Positions 39,101 to 53,179 of a DNA stretch of 64,000 bases are shown here, one piece after another. Each line of letters opens with the position of its first letter. The stretch's first letter is position 1. The DNA comes from Moniliella sp. 'wahieum'. Lineage: Eukaryota. The position numbers were made by a program, and so were the translations under genes. The DNA is taken from positions 1 to 64,000 of the forward strand of contig RSEE01000098.1 in NCBI GenBank assembly GCA_003971905.1, given 5' to 3'. The notes under the pieces are model-generated. The model did no database searches and was not told where the DNA came from. It was given only the letters and a program-made list of their open reading frames with translations.

Positions 39101-39428
39101 GGTGCGGCGGGGGTGGGGGGGCGGGCGATGGAGCGAGGGCGGCGGCCGTGGGCTGGGTTAGGGCCGCTGGGCGGGGCGGAAGCAGCGCGGGCGGAATGGC
39201 GCGCGAGGTAACCGGTCACCTGTAATTAAAAGGGCTGCTGTGGACGATTCGCCGTTGTCGTTGTGGTCGATTGTCGATTATCGATGGTCGCCTGTCGATC
39301 CAATGCATCGTCGAATCTTCTGAAGAGCAGAGCAGACAACCGGCTGGCCTGAGCCGCAGCATCCACCATGGATACGCGCCCACCGGTGTTCTCGCCACCA
39401 CCACCTTCCCTGTGCGCTTCGCGTGATC

Positions 39429-41689
39429 ATGGCCGTCATCGGCATCGACATAGATCGGCCCCCGCGGTATGTCCCTGCCTCTGCCCTCCCTCGTCCCCAG
39501 CCACGAGCACACCCGCTGACGCGTTCCGCGCTCCGCCTCTCAGCCGGTCTGGCATTGACATCCTCCTCAACTCGGCCTCCAACCGCCAGACGCCGACATC
39601 CAAGAGGTGGAGAAGAACTTTATCAGCAGCGAGCTCGTCGATGTTCGGCGGTAAAGTTGGTGTCAAGGTCCGCCTTGCTGGAAAGACGCATATGAGTTTA
39701 GCGCCACGCAGCTCATGGCCATGTACTTGGGCAAGTTGCGTGACACGGCGAGCGCCGAGAACAACGGTACGGCCGTGTCCGATGTCGTCTCCACTCCCGC
39801 CTGGTTCACCGACGTGCAGCGCCGTGCGATGCTGGATGCGGCCGACATTGCTGGTCTCAACACGCTCCGCCTCATCAACGACACGACCGCCACAGCCCTG
39901 GGCTATGGTATCACCAAAACCGAACTCCCTGACGCCGACGATCCTCGCCACGTTGTCTTTTGCGACATTGGTCACTCGTCGTACTAGGTTGCCGTGGCTT
40001 CCTTTGTCAAGGGCGAGCTCACCATTCTTGGTACTGCGCAGGACCGTCACTTTGGTGGCCGCGACTTTGACCGCGCTCTGGTCAACCACTTTGCCAAGGT
40101 GTTTGCTGACAAGTACCAGATTGATGTGTTTAGTAACCACAAGGCTGTCTTCCGTCTCTAGCAAGCTGCCGAGAGCGGTTGAAGAAGATGCTCTCGGCCA
40201 ACTCGTTCGCCCCGATCAACGTCGAGTCTTTGATGAACGACATTGATGCTTCCTCGGACCTGAAGCGTGAGGACTTTGAGGAGCTGATTGCCCCTGGCTG
40301 CAACGTGTGCACGTGCCCCTCGAGGCGGCTCTAGCTCAATCGGACCTGAATAAGGACGAGATCCACTTCATTGAGTTGGTGGGGGGATCGTCGCGTGTGC
40401 CTGCGATCAAGGAGCGTATTTCCGCCGTCTTTGGCAAACCTCTCTCTTTCACGTCGAACCAGGACGAAGCCGTGTGCCGGGGGTGCGACACTAGCCTGCG
40501 CCATTCTCTACCCCGTCTTCCGTGTTCGTGAATTCTCCGTCCACGACACGATGCCTTACCCCATCAAGGTCACATGGGACGCTGTCCCCGACGTGCCGGA
40601 TGAGGAGACAGAGTTGGTCGTGTTCAAGCCCAACAACCCCATTCCTTCGACCAAGATCCTTACCTTTTACCGTAAGGAGAACTTTGGCCTAGAGGCGATT
40701 TATGCTCAACCCGAGTTGTTGCCCAAGGGCATCAATCCCTGGCTTGGCTCGGTCTCCATCAAGGGCATCACGCCCGACGCCAAGGGGGACCACTCGATTG
40801 TCAAAGTGAAGGCGCGTCTGAATCTGCACGGTGTGTTGAGCTTTGTCTCTGCCTACGTTGTAGAGGAGGTGGAGAAGGAAGTGCCGATTGCCGGTGCTGC
40901 CAAGGGCGAACCTCAGACGGAGAAGAAGAAGATACTGGAGCGCAAGCACGACCTTACCGTCGTTTCGGGTTTGAACCGACGGGATGAGACCATTTTGCGC
41001 GGGATGAAGGAAAAGGAAGGCGAACTGTACGCGGCGGACAAGCTTGTGCTCGACACGGAGGACCGTAAGAACGCGCTGGAAGAGTACATTTATGACCAGC
41101 GTGGCAAGCTCGGACCGCCACAAGGCCTTTGTCCAGCCGGAGAAGCAAGTTCCTCGACCTGTTGGGCAAGGCGGAGGACTGGTTGTACTCGGAAGAAGGG
41201 GAGGATGCAACCAAGTCAGCGTACGTGAGCAACCTTGAGGAGCTGCAAAAAGTGGGGACCCCAATCGTGTACCGATACAGCGAGCACGAAGGTCGGTCCA
41301 AGGCGGCCTCGGCGCTACGCGAGTCGCTCAGTTTCTACGAGCAAGCCGTGACGGGTGGCGATGAGAAGTACGCATACTTGACGGACGAGGACAAGACCAA
41401 GGTGATTGAGAAGGTGGCCAAGACGCAGAAGTGGCTGGACGATGGGCTGTACAAGCAATCGGAGCAGCCCAAGAACTCGGACCCTAAGATTCACACGGCC
41501 GACATACTCAAGGCCAAAGAGGACGTGCAGTGCGTGTGCGGGCCAATCATCACCAAGCCCAAGCCGCGCGCGCCTGTTCCGCCGCAGGCACCGAAGGAGG
41601 AAGCGCCCAAGGAGGAGGCGCCCAAGGAGGAGGCGCCCAAGGAGGAGGCGTCTAAGGAGGAGAAGGCCGACAACATGGACGTCGACTAG
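39429..41689 (+). CDS. SSE1: Hsp110/Sse1 chaperone, disrupted (possible pseudogene)
   Basis: [54 protein letters not shown]-terminal MDVD. Two in-frame TAGs and an apparent N-terminal deletion. Confidence 0.9.
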
Positions 41690-41711
41690 ATGACGTCTTG
41701 AGGAGTTCCAT

Positions 41712-41814
<103 letters not shown>

Positions 41815-42488
41815 GATGCCTAGATGCGCCTTCTCTGCTTGAGGCGCTCCTACGCGCTTGATGACTCCCTCTGGCAGCAAAACGTACTGCCAGCCGATCC
41901 CTATTTCATGTGCCACATACCGGTCACTGCATCGTCCTGCCGATGCGTCGGATGTGCCCTCTCGTTCTGTCCCCTGTAAAATGAGCATATTAATATTGCA
42001 GCCACGGTTCTGAAGTACAGTGGCGTGGTGAGGATAACGCTGATGAGGCGCAGCCAACCTTGATTTTACGGGGCTACTAAACGATAGGGGGAGATGTTGA
42101 GACGACACAGAGCAGATAAAGGCAGCGACGTTGTCTTCGTCCTTTTCAACTTGCCATCATCGATCCCTTGGAACCCAACATCTTGGCACGACCAGCACTG
42201 ACAGTCGGAGTACTGACATGGGACAGGGCACTGACTCGCTCCATATGTTGAACTTCAACCTTCAACATTAATCGTTAACCTCAAAACGTATCCAGACCAG
42301 GGGCCACAAGCACACAGGGAGGGGCTAGCGAGGAGGGCGACACTGCCCCCTGGCAACACACATGTAGTGCTTCTCCGACTTTACGCAGCCGCGGAAACTG
42401 CGAGTTAATATACTTGGTGTGGCAGGTTAAAACCCCACCAAAGAACCCCTCTCTCCATCTCCATCTCCTTCTCCTGTCCTCCACACCC

Positions 42489-45284
42489 ATGTCGCCCCTA
42501 GCTGGCGGCATCCGCGGTGCCGCCGAGCGTGGCCGACGCGAACTTGCCCACAACACCATCACGCCTCCCCTAACTGGCGGTATCCGGCGTGCAGCCGAAC
42601 GTGGCCGGCGCGAGTTTGCTCATAACGCCATCACGCCCGCCTTGCTTGGCAGTGCGACGCAGCGCAGTCTGCAGAACGTCATCACGGGGGAAAAGGACGT
42701 GATCAAGCGCTGCGCTGCGTTTGCCTCTGAGTTGGACAAGAGCAGTGATGCGCTCACAGCATGGGCTGCGGAGCAGGAACCTGATCTGAGGGATGTGTTG
42801 TGCAGGTGCGCAGAGCTGTTACAAGAGGTACCTGTTGCACTCGAGACGTTCAACCAGCACCTGCGCCTGGACGTCCGGCCCAAGTACAAGCGCATCCGCA
42901 GTATGGAGGAAGAGCTTATCGTTCTCAAGGCCAAGTTGCGCACGTTGACCTCGCGCACTGATGCAGTGGAGAAGAAGTTATCTAAAATGAGTGCAGAGAA
43001 CAAAGACTTGCGCAAGACCACTTCGCTCCTGTACCAGCTCCGGTCCGAGTCCGCCTCGACGCAACTCCAATTGTCCGACCATAGAGCGAAGCTGGAAAAC
43101 TGTAAGCGAACGGCTATGCATGCTGCTCTGGGCAACAAGGTAACTGCGCTCACTCAGTTGGCAGACCAAGCGACGATTATTGCCCAGTTCGTCAGTGGCA
43201 TGCTGTCTGAGCTGCAGACCGAGCCTTGCCCTGCTGGAAGCACCAGGCCTGACTATACGGGTGTTCGTCGGACCGAGGACCTTCTGAAGACCGCACGAGT
43301 AGAGATCCAAAGGGTACGGTTTCAAGTATCGCCCCGTCTGGAGGGAAACGGTGTGCACCGTGGGCCACCCTCCGTCCAACACGAGAACGCTTCGAGACCC
43401 TCGGCGCCATCAACAGTCGAGCTCGTGCCGGCCGGCGCGGGGATGGCGGAACTGTCTAGCGTTCAGTCCCCCTCGTTCATGTCTCCCGGCAAGCCAGCGT
43501 GGCGGATGAGGGTCAGACGGTCTCTTTGTCGTATTCAACGCTCTCACATCCACGCAACTACGATATGGCTCCACCTGTTGTGGAGGAGATGTCCACACCC
43601 ACATGCAAGATGTTCACGGTGTGAGCCAAGCCTCGGATCCGGGCTCGCAATCCTTCTCCGCGCTCTCGCCGCACCTATTAGGTGCTTTTCAGGAGGCCCA
43701 GACGGGGGACAGTACAGCCGAACCGGGCTGGGGACAAGATACGTCATTGGGCGCTGACCCTAGCAGCCCCTCGCACTCAAACGAACCTATGATTATCTCC
43801 CCTCTTGCGATGATTACGGATGAATACCTACACCATGCCACTTTCTCAGAACCTCTTATGCACCCTTCTGATATGCCCGGACCGGACGAGGACGGATTGG
43901 GCGGAGGATACGAAGATGCGCACGACATGCACGACGCCGACGAAGAAGACGCAGATACGTATAATATTGGTGCGACCATGATGAACCAGTTTACTTCTCT
44001 TCCCCTCCCTCCCACGAATGAGGCTGGGTCGCAATCCCAAGCTGATCCGCCCCTGGCTCAAGATCTGCATCTGCGCCCCCCTCTCCGCCTACCTCGTCCG
44101 ACCCGGTCATGCCTGATACTGAGGAGTGGGGACCGCAGCGCAGCGCACGAGACGCAGGGGGTTCAGCCGAGGTGCCCGAGTTGAGCTTAAGTGGTCCCCA
44201 GGGGTGGTCAATAGCCCAAACGAAGATACCCCTGAACAGCACGACAGTGATGACGATGCCCGAAGCCAGGGCGAACTACAGCAGACTTACACGTCCCCCC
44301 CAGGTCCTGTTGCGGTGCCTGTCGTGCCCAGTGCCACACTACCTGTCGTGCCCAGCTCCACACTACCTGTCGTGCCCAGCTCCACACTACCTGTCGTGCC
44401 CAGCTCCACGCCGCCTGTCCAACCCGAATTGGCCATGACCACTGGACCGCCCACTGGCACGACCCCGTCTGAAGGTGCTGTTCCGACGACGAGCGTGGAT
44501 GGGGGAGGGGAGCCAGTGCCCGTGTCTTGTTTTGGACCACCTGTTGCGGGAGGAGACGAGTTCATCGGGTCCACCCGTGCGGCCCAGGCTGCGTTCCGAC
44601 AAGCTCGAGGACCGTACGTTGCGAATCAAGAGTCTACCCTTCGGGGTGTATAGCACCGAGGACGATCCTTTGGGTCCGGTGGCCCGGTCCAGACTGCATA
44701 ACAAGATCAGTGCGCGTGCGTTTCGGCGAAACATTTTCCGCAAGGCTAACAAGGCTGAGCCTGTACCGGGACCGGGACCGCTCGGTCCTCCCTCCCCTAC
44801 TGTTGTGCATGTTGTGAGCCAAGGGGACGGAGCAGACGCCTCTGATGCTTCGGCCTCGCGACCGAGAAGCTTCTCTGCCTCGGTGTTTACCTCTGGACCA
44901 AAGCAACTGAACAAAGCCATTGCGTACTTTTCGCATTCTTCGCGTTCTGCACGCTCTTCGCAGCACCCTGCTCACCCTCACCCTCCACCCTCGTCCCTCC
45001 GTTCCTACCCCCCCTACGACCAGGCTTCCATGGGACCTACCTCACTTCCCTTTCGCGCCTCGCTACCTGTGCCTCAACCTGCCGCCCCGAGCCTCCCGTC
45101 TCGGACCGTACTGCTCGTCCGGTCTCGTGTGTGCCGCTCCCGGATGCAAGTTCACCCCCTCCCCCACCAAGCGCCTTCAACGGCCATGGGCAGCCCGAGG
45201 TCTCCTCGGTCCCGCCCGCCTACAGTCGGTACAGCCAAAGTCAGAACCAACCCGTATGGGACGTATAAGGAATACGTAGTGTAG
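42489..45284 (+). CDS. Pil1/Lsp1-like (eisosome BAR domain) protein with a long Pro/Ser-rich tail, frameshifted
   Basis: RSLQNVITGEKDV...SDALTAWAAEQEPDLRDVL, KRIRSMEEEL, KKLSKMSAENKDL, late KISARAFRR motif. Confidence 0.65.
44318..44410. repeat. 24-bp coding minisatellite, about four copies
   Basis: CCTGTCGTGCCCAGCTCCACACTA repeats, encoding PVVPSSTL. Confidence 0.9.
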
Positions 45285-45828
45285 CGCGTGTTATGGATCG
45301 CTCTTTCTCCTTCTCTTTCTCTTCCTCCCCCCCCCCCCCCCTCTTCCTATCTTCCATTGTCACATTTGTTTGGTTTGTTTTTCTTCTCGCTCCTGTTGCT
45401 TCTGTGAAAATACCCGTACCCGGCTCTGTGATGGTCGTACTTTTGTTCGCTTGCTGTTGATGACTTGGATGGCAATGTCATTCTCCATCTCTTTGTTCCC
45501 ACTGTGGTGTGGTAAACCATTGACCGTGGAGCGTTGACGATCAACTTCACTCTCTGCCCTTCCCTTGACGGCGTCCCTCTTCACAATAGAAATCCACCAG
45601 CTGGATCAGCAGGTTGAATGTTAATGACCTTAACCCGCCCTCCTGCATAGTGCCATCGTGACTGGTGACTAGTGACTAGCTAGCGACTGACGCTGGGCTA
45701 CATATCGGTAGGTGTACGTTGGGAGCCCAGGGGGGGACGCATCCGCGACCCAGCCAATCAGACTTCTAAGGTCCGGCGTCTCGGGCGTGGGTATCCTGCA
45801 TCATGACATTCGTACATTCTTACACGCC

Positions 45829-46797
45829 TTAATCTTCCGCCTCTGCTGTTGCTGTTGCTGTTGCTGTTGCGGTAGCGGGAGCCGGAGCGGTAGCGGGAGT
45901 AGGAGCGGGAGCGAGGGCGGGAGCGGTCCAAGGTCGGCGGTGAGACCAAGCGACGTTAGAGGGATCGAATACCTCGATAAACTCAAAGTCGGCATAGCGA
46001 TCCCGGCCCACCTCGCAAACTCATCAAAGATACTAGCATGAAGCCAGCCCTGTAACTTGCGGAGGCACCCGACGACGCACCCGACACGGTACTTGCCCTT
46101 ATGCAGTGGACCGATAGGAGCATGAGCAGGGTCCAAGATAATTTCCAAGCATCGCACTACGGCCGCATGGTCCATTTCGTCAAACGGTTCCTTGTTCACT
46201 TCGAGACCCACTTGGAACACCTCGATCCCTTGTGTCTGGGCAAACGTACGCATGTTGCTCCGGTACTCCTCTGTGCCCAAGTAGAGTATGCTCTTGAGGC
46301 CCAACGTGCGGAGGAAGCTAAAGTTGCGCTCGTTCGGGTGACCGCTCCGGTACAGCCCGCCCAACGCGACCAGTTCAAAGTTGAGCGGGGGCACGAGCGG
46401 CGGCCATCCCGCCGCTGCATCCGGATCAACCGGGTAGGAAAAGTGGTGCACAGTCCTCGGCCTGGTCTTGGACTCGGTCTTGGGTTTGGTCTTGGCCGGT
46501 ATTAATCTTGGTCCTGGCCGGGCTACTTCGTCCACGGTCCTGGTGCCGAACTGGACAGGACATGACCTCCTGATAAGGTTGATGCCGATCCACACTCGGC
46601 GCGATCCGCGTCCGCTTCGTCCTGATCACGCGTTTCCCCACGTTCGCCCCGTTCGCCCCGTGGTCCAATGGGACCGGTTGGTGGGGCAAAGCAGCCTCTC
46701 CCCCGCGCTGGTCCTGGTCCTGGTCCTGGTCCTGGTCCGGGTCTTGCAGCGCCAAGTGTTCCGTTCTGCGCCACATGTCCATCATGGACTGTTGCAT
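45829..46797 (-). CDS. Siw14/OCA-family atypical phosphatase (Y_phosphatase2); start uncertain
   Basis: LVPPLNFELV..GLYRSGHPNERNFSFLRTLGLKSILYL, KGKYRVGCVVGCLRKLQGW..ASIFDEF, ADFEFIEVFD. Confidence 0.85.
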
Positions 46798-48445
46798 GCC
46801 GCCGCGGTCCTGGCGACGGCGAGGCGCGTCGAGTCTAGCGGCGAGACCGGGGACTTTGGCGATCCACGATGCGCCTGCTTGGGAGGGGCGAGCGGAAGAG
46901 GGGTGGGTGTGGTTGTGGCGAGGAGGGGATGGCGCGCGGGGCAGAGGGGCGGTGCGTGTGTGCGTGTGCATGTGCGTGTGCGTGTGTGTACCGGGTAGCA
47001 TGGAGCGGATGCAGAGGGGGATGGGGATGGGGATGCAGATGCAGAGGGCGAAGGAGAAGGGTCTGATGGAGAGCGAGACGGAGACGCAGAGGGAGAGGGG
47101 GAGGGCGATGGGGATGCGGATGCGATGCAGATGGGAATGGGGATGATGATGCAGAGGGGAATGGGGATGGCGGTCGAGGTGGGCGCAACGCACCGGCGCG
47201 GGAGGAGTGCTGGTCATGGGGGAAGAAGAGGGGAGGGGGATGGAATGGAATGGAATGGGGAGGTGGGTTGCAGGTGTGGTTGGTACTCACTCAACCGGTT
47301 CAACCTCAAATCATAATCAACTCATCTATTCAATACTTTCCTTTCAAAAATAGCCAACGGAGAGCTCCACGTCAAACTTGCACCTGGAACGGCTGCTACC
47401 GACTATCAGAATCAAAAGTTCATCGAGCAGATCCACCTCGTCGACGGCCATCAGTACTCAGTATGATCCATCCTAGGTCGAGCATGAGCTTGAGCTTGAT
47501 CCCTCACCGCCATCCATCCAAGCGATGCAGCGAGAGGTTACGCGCATTGCACCAAGACTTCAATGGCGACCCAGCGCATGGGGATGCACATGCCATGTAC
47601 AAGTACCTACCCCTACACTGTATAACAACCCAAGCTCAGCAATGGTGTTGTCATAGTTTGGCTGATCTCGCTCCCATTTCCAATTTCTTCGTCTCGAGCG
47701 TCTCGCTCCTTCCCTGTTCCTTCCACTTCGCACCATGTCCTCTGTTCTTGCTTCTTCCCCACGAACGATTGCTACACCCCTTGGCCTAGTCCGATCCTGG
47801 TCTCCCTCGCCTTAGCCCCGACTGTGACAGTGTCGAGGAGCGACCAGCTGCTGGCACGCGCCCGTTGAACGTTTCATGTACCACTCGAGTCGCGTTGAAG
47901 TTTCAGCTTGAAGCTTGAAGCTTGAAGCTTGAAGGGCGCCGGCACAACCCTGTTGGTGGCACCACATTAATTGCGGCCAACCCTAGTCCTCCACCAATCC
48001 TCGGCCACGCCGCAGCCCACCGCCTCAGTTTCGCCGCCACACCCTGCCTCGTCTGTCTTCCCCACCCACGCGTTCGCCCCCGACTTCAAGGTGCGTCGCT
48101 ACACTCCTGTCCCCTCCGACCAGCACCAGTATCAGCACCAGCACCAGCACACCACCCGCAAGGCGTGGACGAGTACACAGAAGGGGAGGGGAAGGTTGCA
48201 GCATGCACATTGCTTGATGGAAGTTGCACCGCTTTGGTTGTGCACAACACAGTGGGACCTGAGTCCTCTTGCTCATGCTCATACTCTTGCTTGTTAAGTG
48301 GCTTTCGATAGCCTGACACCTTCTTTTGTTCTGCTCCCCACCCTTCTCCCTTGTGTTCCTGTCTGGTGCTGGACCAGCTGCATATACCATCTGAATTTGC
48401 TGCTGGGACGATCAATGAAGACTAACCTTGTCTGTGTGGGTGCAG

Positions 48446-48893
<448 letters not shown>

Positions 48894-49611
48894 GAAGAAG
48901 TGGGTCTGGCGGAAGAGACTTGTGGCTTGGAACTACGAAGGATAAAAAAAGAATGGGTGGGGGGTACACGTCCTACGTCCTACTCCATTCCTACTGTACT
49001 GCCCATCATGCGCATGCGCATGCGCATGCGCCTCCTTGGGCTAGTAGCACAAAACCGAGGATGACGGGCATATCGTTTCCCCCGTCCTCTCCACCTCTCA
49101 TGCAGTGGTTATCCCATCAACTGTCTGCCTTGAAGCGGGAGTAATGGGTTATACCTGCTTGCAAAATGCATCGACTCTGGTCCTGATCCAACACATTGTT
49201 TGTACTACCATCCATGAAACCGGACGACAACGTTCCAAAGCCAGGGGGCCATAATCTATTGAGGCTGGAAAGCCAAACAGAGAGCCAGTAGGCTTTCTGA
49301 CAACTGGACCCAGTTGCGGTAGAGGACCGATCCCGAGGCCGCAGGTGGACGGAGGATACCTCGAAGCGAAAGCTGCGCTCATCGGACTGCCCATCACGAG
49401 TCACCTTGGACAGCGCCCAAGTGGGTGGGAACCAGCAGAGAAGGATACGTTGAGAGCAACGGATAGAGGTCGTCTCAAGCTCAGGCGTGAGCCGTGAGCC
49501 TCATTCAGGACCGGTCACTACCACGTCTCACTACCGACGCAAGAGTCAGTCAGTATACCCCCAAGCTGCGCAAACCTCAGGCCTCATGGCGAATGCGAGT
49601 GGGCCACGTAC

Positions 49612-50410
<799 letters not shown>

Positions 50411-51020
50411 TTAGTAACATGGAATAGGCGCGGTGGGGCTGTCTGGGTCTGTCTGGGGTAGGAGCAGGAACGTGGAACCAACACCACTTCATACTCCGTA
50501 CGCCGCTGCTCGGCGCCACCGTGCACCTTAACGTTAGCCCCCACCAGGTGCACCAGGGGATCGCATCGCATCACACGCCACGCACGGCAGACGAGCTGCT
50601 ACACGCGCATCGCACAAACCCACAGTAGCACCACCGCAGAGGCACTGCCGCCGTCACATGTCACATCAGCCGGTCACGCTGGGCGCGACCGTGCCGTGCG
50701 GACTGGATGCGACGTCGCTGCTGCTGGCGGGAGGAGTGGTTAATATTAATGCAGGCGAGTGGGAGGCAAGTTCCCAGGAGCTATGGCCTAGTCCCACACG
50801 TGCACGGGCCACCCCGGCTACTACGTCTGTGCGCGTGGGCCTAACCTACCATGTCACATGACACATGACACAGCCCAGCACGCTGCAAGCAAAAGTAGAC
50901 CCACCGCCTACGCCCTTAGGCCTTATACCCCGTCCCCACCGCTGGGTCTGCGTCTGCGCCTCACCCAATCATCCCCTCCATTCGTCCTGCTGCCTGCCTG
51001 CTCCTGCTCTCGCTCCTGCC

Positions 51021-52536
51021 ATGGCCAAAACCAACTGCCTCGCTCGCCTGCATGGCCACTCGACCTGCGCATCGTACGTCTCTCCTCCCTCCTCCCACCA
51101 CAGCGGTCCCCGAGTGCTATGTGAAGAGGAACGAATCACTGACCATATCGCTGGACCGGCACGTGGGAGCAGGAAACCGCGCCGCTCGCCCCTCCCGGCG
51201 CGGGGGAAGCGACGGTCGCCGTGGCTGCTACGGGACTGTGGGTCAGACGCGCACTACTAGTGCACGGAGCGAATGGAGCGTTCAAGCTGCAGCATCCAAT
51301 GTGTCTTGGCCACGAGAGTGCCGGGATCGTTGTGGCTGTGGGAGCTGGAGTAACCGAGTACAGCGTAGGGTCTCGCGTTGCGATTGAGCCAGGGTTCCAT
51401 GTGAGTCTAACCCCGCCAAATCGGTGGACGGAGAACGGTGCGAGTACTGTGATGCAGGACAGTACAATTTGTGTCCATCGATGCGGTTTGCTAGTAGTGG
51501 CCAAGACTACGCCGCCACCTCGACGGCACGTTGCAGCGGTACATCAACTGGCCTGTTAGGTACCTCCATTCCATTCCTGGGAACGTGAGTCTTGTGGCGG
51601 GCGCGTGGTGGAACCGCTAAGTGTGGTGTTGGAGGGTTTGCCAAAGCTCGTATTGACGCGCCGATTACGTCGACGGACAAGTTTAGTGTGCTTGTGCTGG
51701 GTGCGGGCGCGGTGGGTCAACTGGCTTGTGCGACTGCACGAGCGTTCAATGCCCACTGGGTAGCCGTAGCCGATATCGATCCGAATCGGTTACAGTTTGC
51801 TACGGAGCGCTGGGCGAATGCGTCGTACACGATTCCACTTGCTTCTCCTCCTGCCGCGGCGGGGGAGGAGGAGGAGAAACTGACTGCGTCTGAGTGGGCT
51901 GCCAAGCGAGCGGAGCAGGATGCGCACCTAGTTGCCGAAGCGGCGACCACGGCTACCAAGCTATTGGAGTCGATGCAGGCCCAAGGTGCGCCAGCCCGGA
52001 CCAAGGCTGGCTTTGACCTTGTGCTAGAGTGTACGGGGGTGCCAAGCACGTGCGAACGGGGATCCAGGCTGCGCGAGCGGGGGGGTCAGTGGTGTGGTCG
52101 GCATGGGGCATCCGATTCAGGTGCTACCGATTGGGAATGCGTCTCTGCGCGAGGTGGCGTTACTGGGTGTGTTCCGGTACGCTAATACGTACCCGCCAGC
52201 CTTGGCTATCTGTCCAGTGGCCTGATCCCCAATGGGTTCAATGGAACGAATGGTGGACCAGGCAAAGGGATTGAGGAGCTCGTGTCGCATGAGTATCCTT
52301 TGGAGAAGGCCGCCCTGGCGTTCCAGACGATGCGCCGCGGTCGCTCTGAAGACGGCAAGAGTGTGGTCAAGGTGTTTGTGGTGGACGAAGAACTGTTGCA
52401 GTCGTACCCGCCCGTACAACAGGACTCGACCTCCCTTCTCACATGTAAGCAATCAACGTTTAACTCGTCCGCCGCACCCAACCCCGCCGGCCGGTCGTGC
52501 GACAGGGAACGGTCCGAGATGAGTATCCTCTGTTGA
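51021..52536 (+). CDS. Zn-dependent sorbitol/xylitol dehydrogenase (MDR family), frameshifted
   Basis: CGSDAHYY, MCLGHESAGIV, RVAIEPG, VLVLGAGAVG, FDLVLECTG, SHEYPLE, VVKV. Confidence 0.9.
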
Positions 52537-53179
52537 TCTAGAGCATCCATTAACCATTGCTATCCACGTAATGTTCGCACATCTCGGCCGTTACCGCGTT
52601 ATGTTATCCTCGGCACACTGATCCATACGCATTGCAAAATAGAAGTCAGATGATCGATGATACAAGACGACGCAGCAGAAAAAGCTGATGTGGGCCATGC
52701 AATATGTGGAAGAACGGGAAAAGCGCAGGGCTGGACACACACATTATTTGAGCTAGGCCCTCTGTCCGAGGGCGGTGAGATGTGAGATGGGCAGGTATTC
52801 GTCGTCTGGCCTCTGGCCTGCCTCTGGTCTGCCTCTGGTCTGCCTCTGGCTTGCCTTTGGCCTGACGGCCGCAAGAAGCACCGAAAGTAGGTCCGTGTCA
52901 CATCTCCTGACGTCACCGTCACACGGGCTCTCTGGCCAGCGGCGTCAACTGGAACGCGATGGGCGGTCTATCGGTACCTCGTCCGACGCTCGCGACGGGT
53001 TCCAGCTGCTCGCAGCAAAAGCACCCACCCCGCGTCCGCCGCGCCCGCCCCCTCGGCCGCTTCGGCCACTACCACTACCACCACTACCACTACTACACTA
53101 CTACGCCACTACTAGTACCACCACTACTACTACCGCCACCGCTACCAGTACCAGCACCATCTGTTGTGTGTTGCTTGCC

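Noticed and set aside
39985..40161. Genome-wide TAG-to-Gln reassignment
   Set aside because: TAG is the natural stop of Hsp110 (MDVD*), the methyltransferase and DnaJ, and no other gene showed an internal TAG at a conserved site.
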